NCBI RefSeq assembly: GCF_009914755.1
Contig: NC_060947.1
Direction: 5' to 3' (one strand)
Origin: the human T2T-CHM13v2.0 reference genome, Homo sapiens
DNA: 64,000 bases
In this document: positions 62,985 through 64,000 of the stretch, one piece after another
Layout: the number at the start of each line of letters is the position of its first letter
Numbering within the stretch: position 1 is the first letter of the stretch
The notes under the pieces: model-generated
What the model saw: the letters and a program-made list of their open reading frames with translations, nothing else
The model's database searches: none
Told to the model about the DNA's origin: nothing
Position numbers and translations under genes: made by a program

Positions 62985-64000
<1,016 letters not shown>

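Overview
Mammalian (human-like primate) genomic DNA, not prokaryotic. The only protein-coding gene is the intronless MAGEE2 (3166-4737, minus strand, 523 aa, two tandem MAGE homology domains), which places the window at human Xq13.3. From about 7.3 kb to the end the sequence is almost all nested retroelements: old L1M/L1PB hosts, L1PA3-PA13 insertions, MER11, MST and THE1 LTR elements, two Alus and a half MADE1. No L1 has intact ORF1 and ORF2. I found no new gene system. The most interesting structure is retrotransposition archaeology: (i) an L1PA7 carrying a ~1.2 kb putative 3' transduction plus a ~60 bp target-site deletion; (ii) two young/old chimeric L1s, each with a short 3' transduction and missing target-site duplications (TSDs), implying L1-L1 homology-mediated deletions; (iii) an L1PB expanded to ~23 kb by five nested insertions; (iv) an orphan RFX+NRF1 CpG-rich element downstream of MAGEE2. 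Repeat subfamily calls are by eye from remembered consensus diagnostics, and boundaries are approximate unless a TSD is cited.
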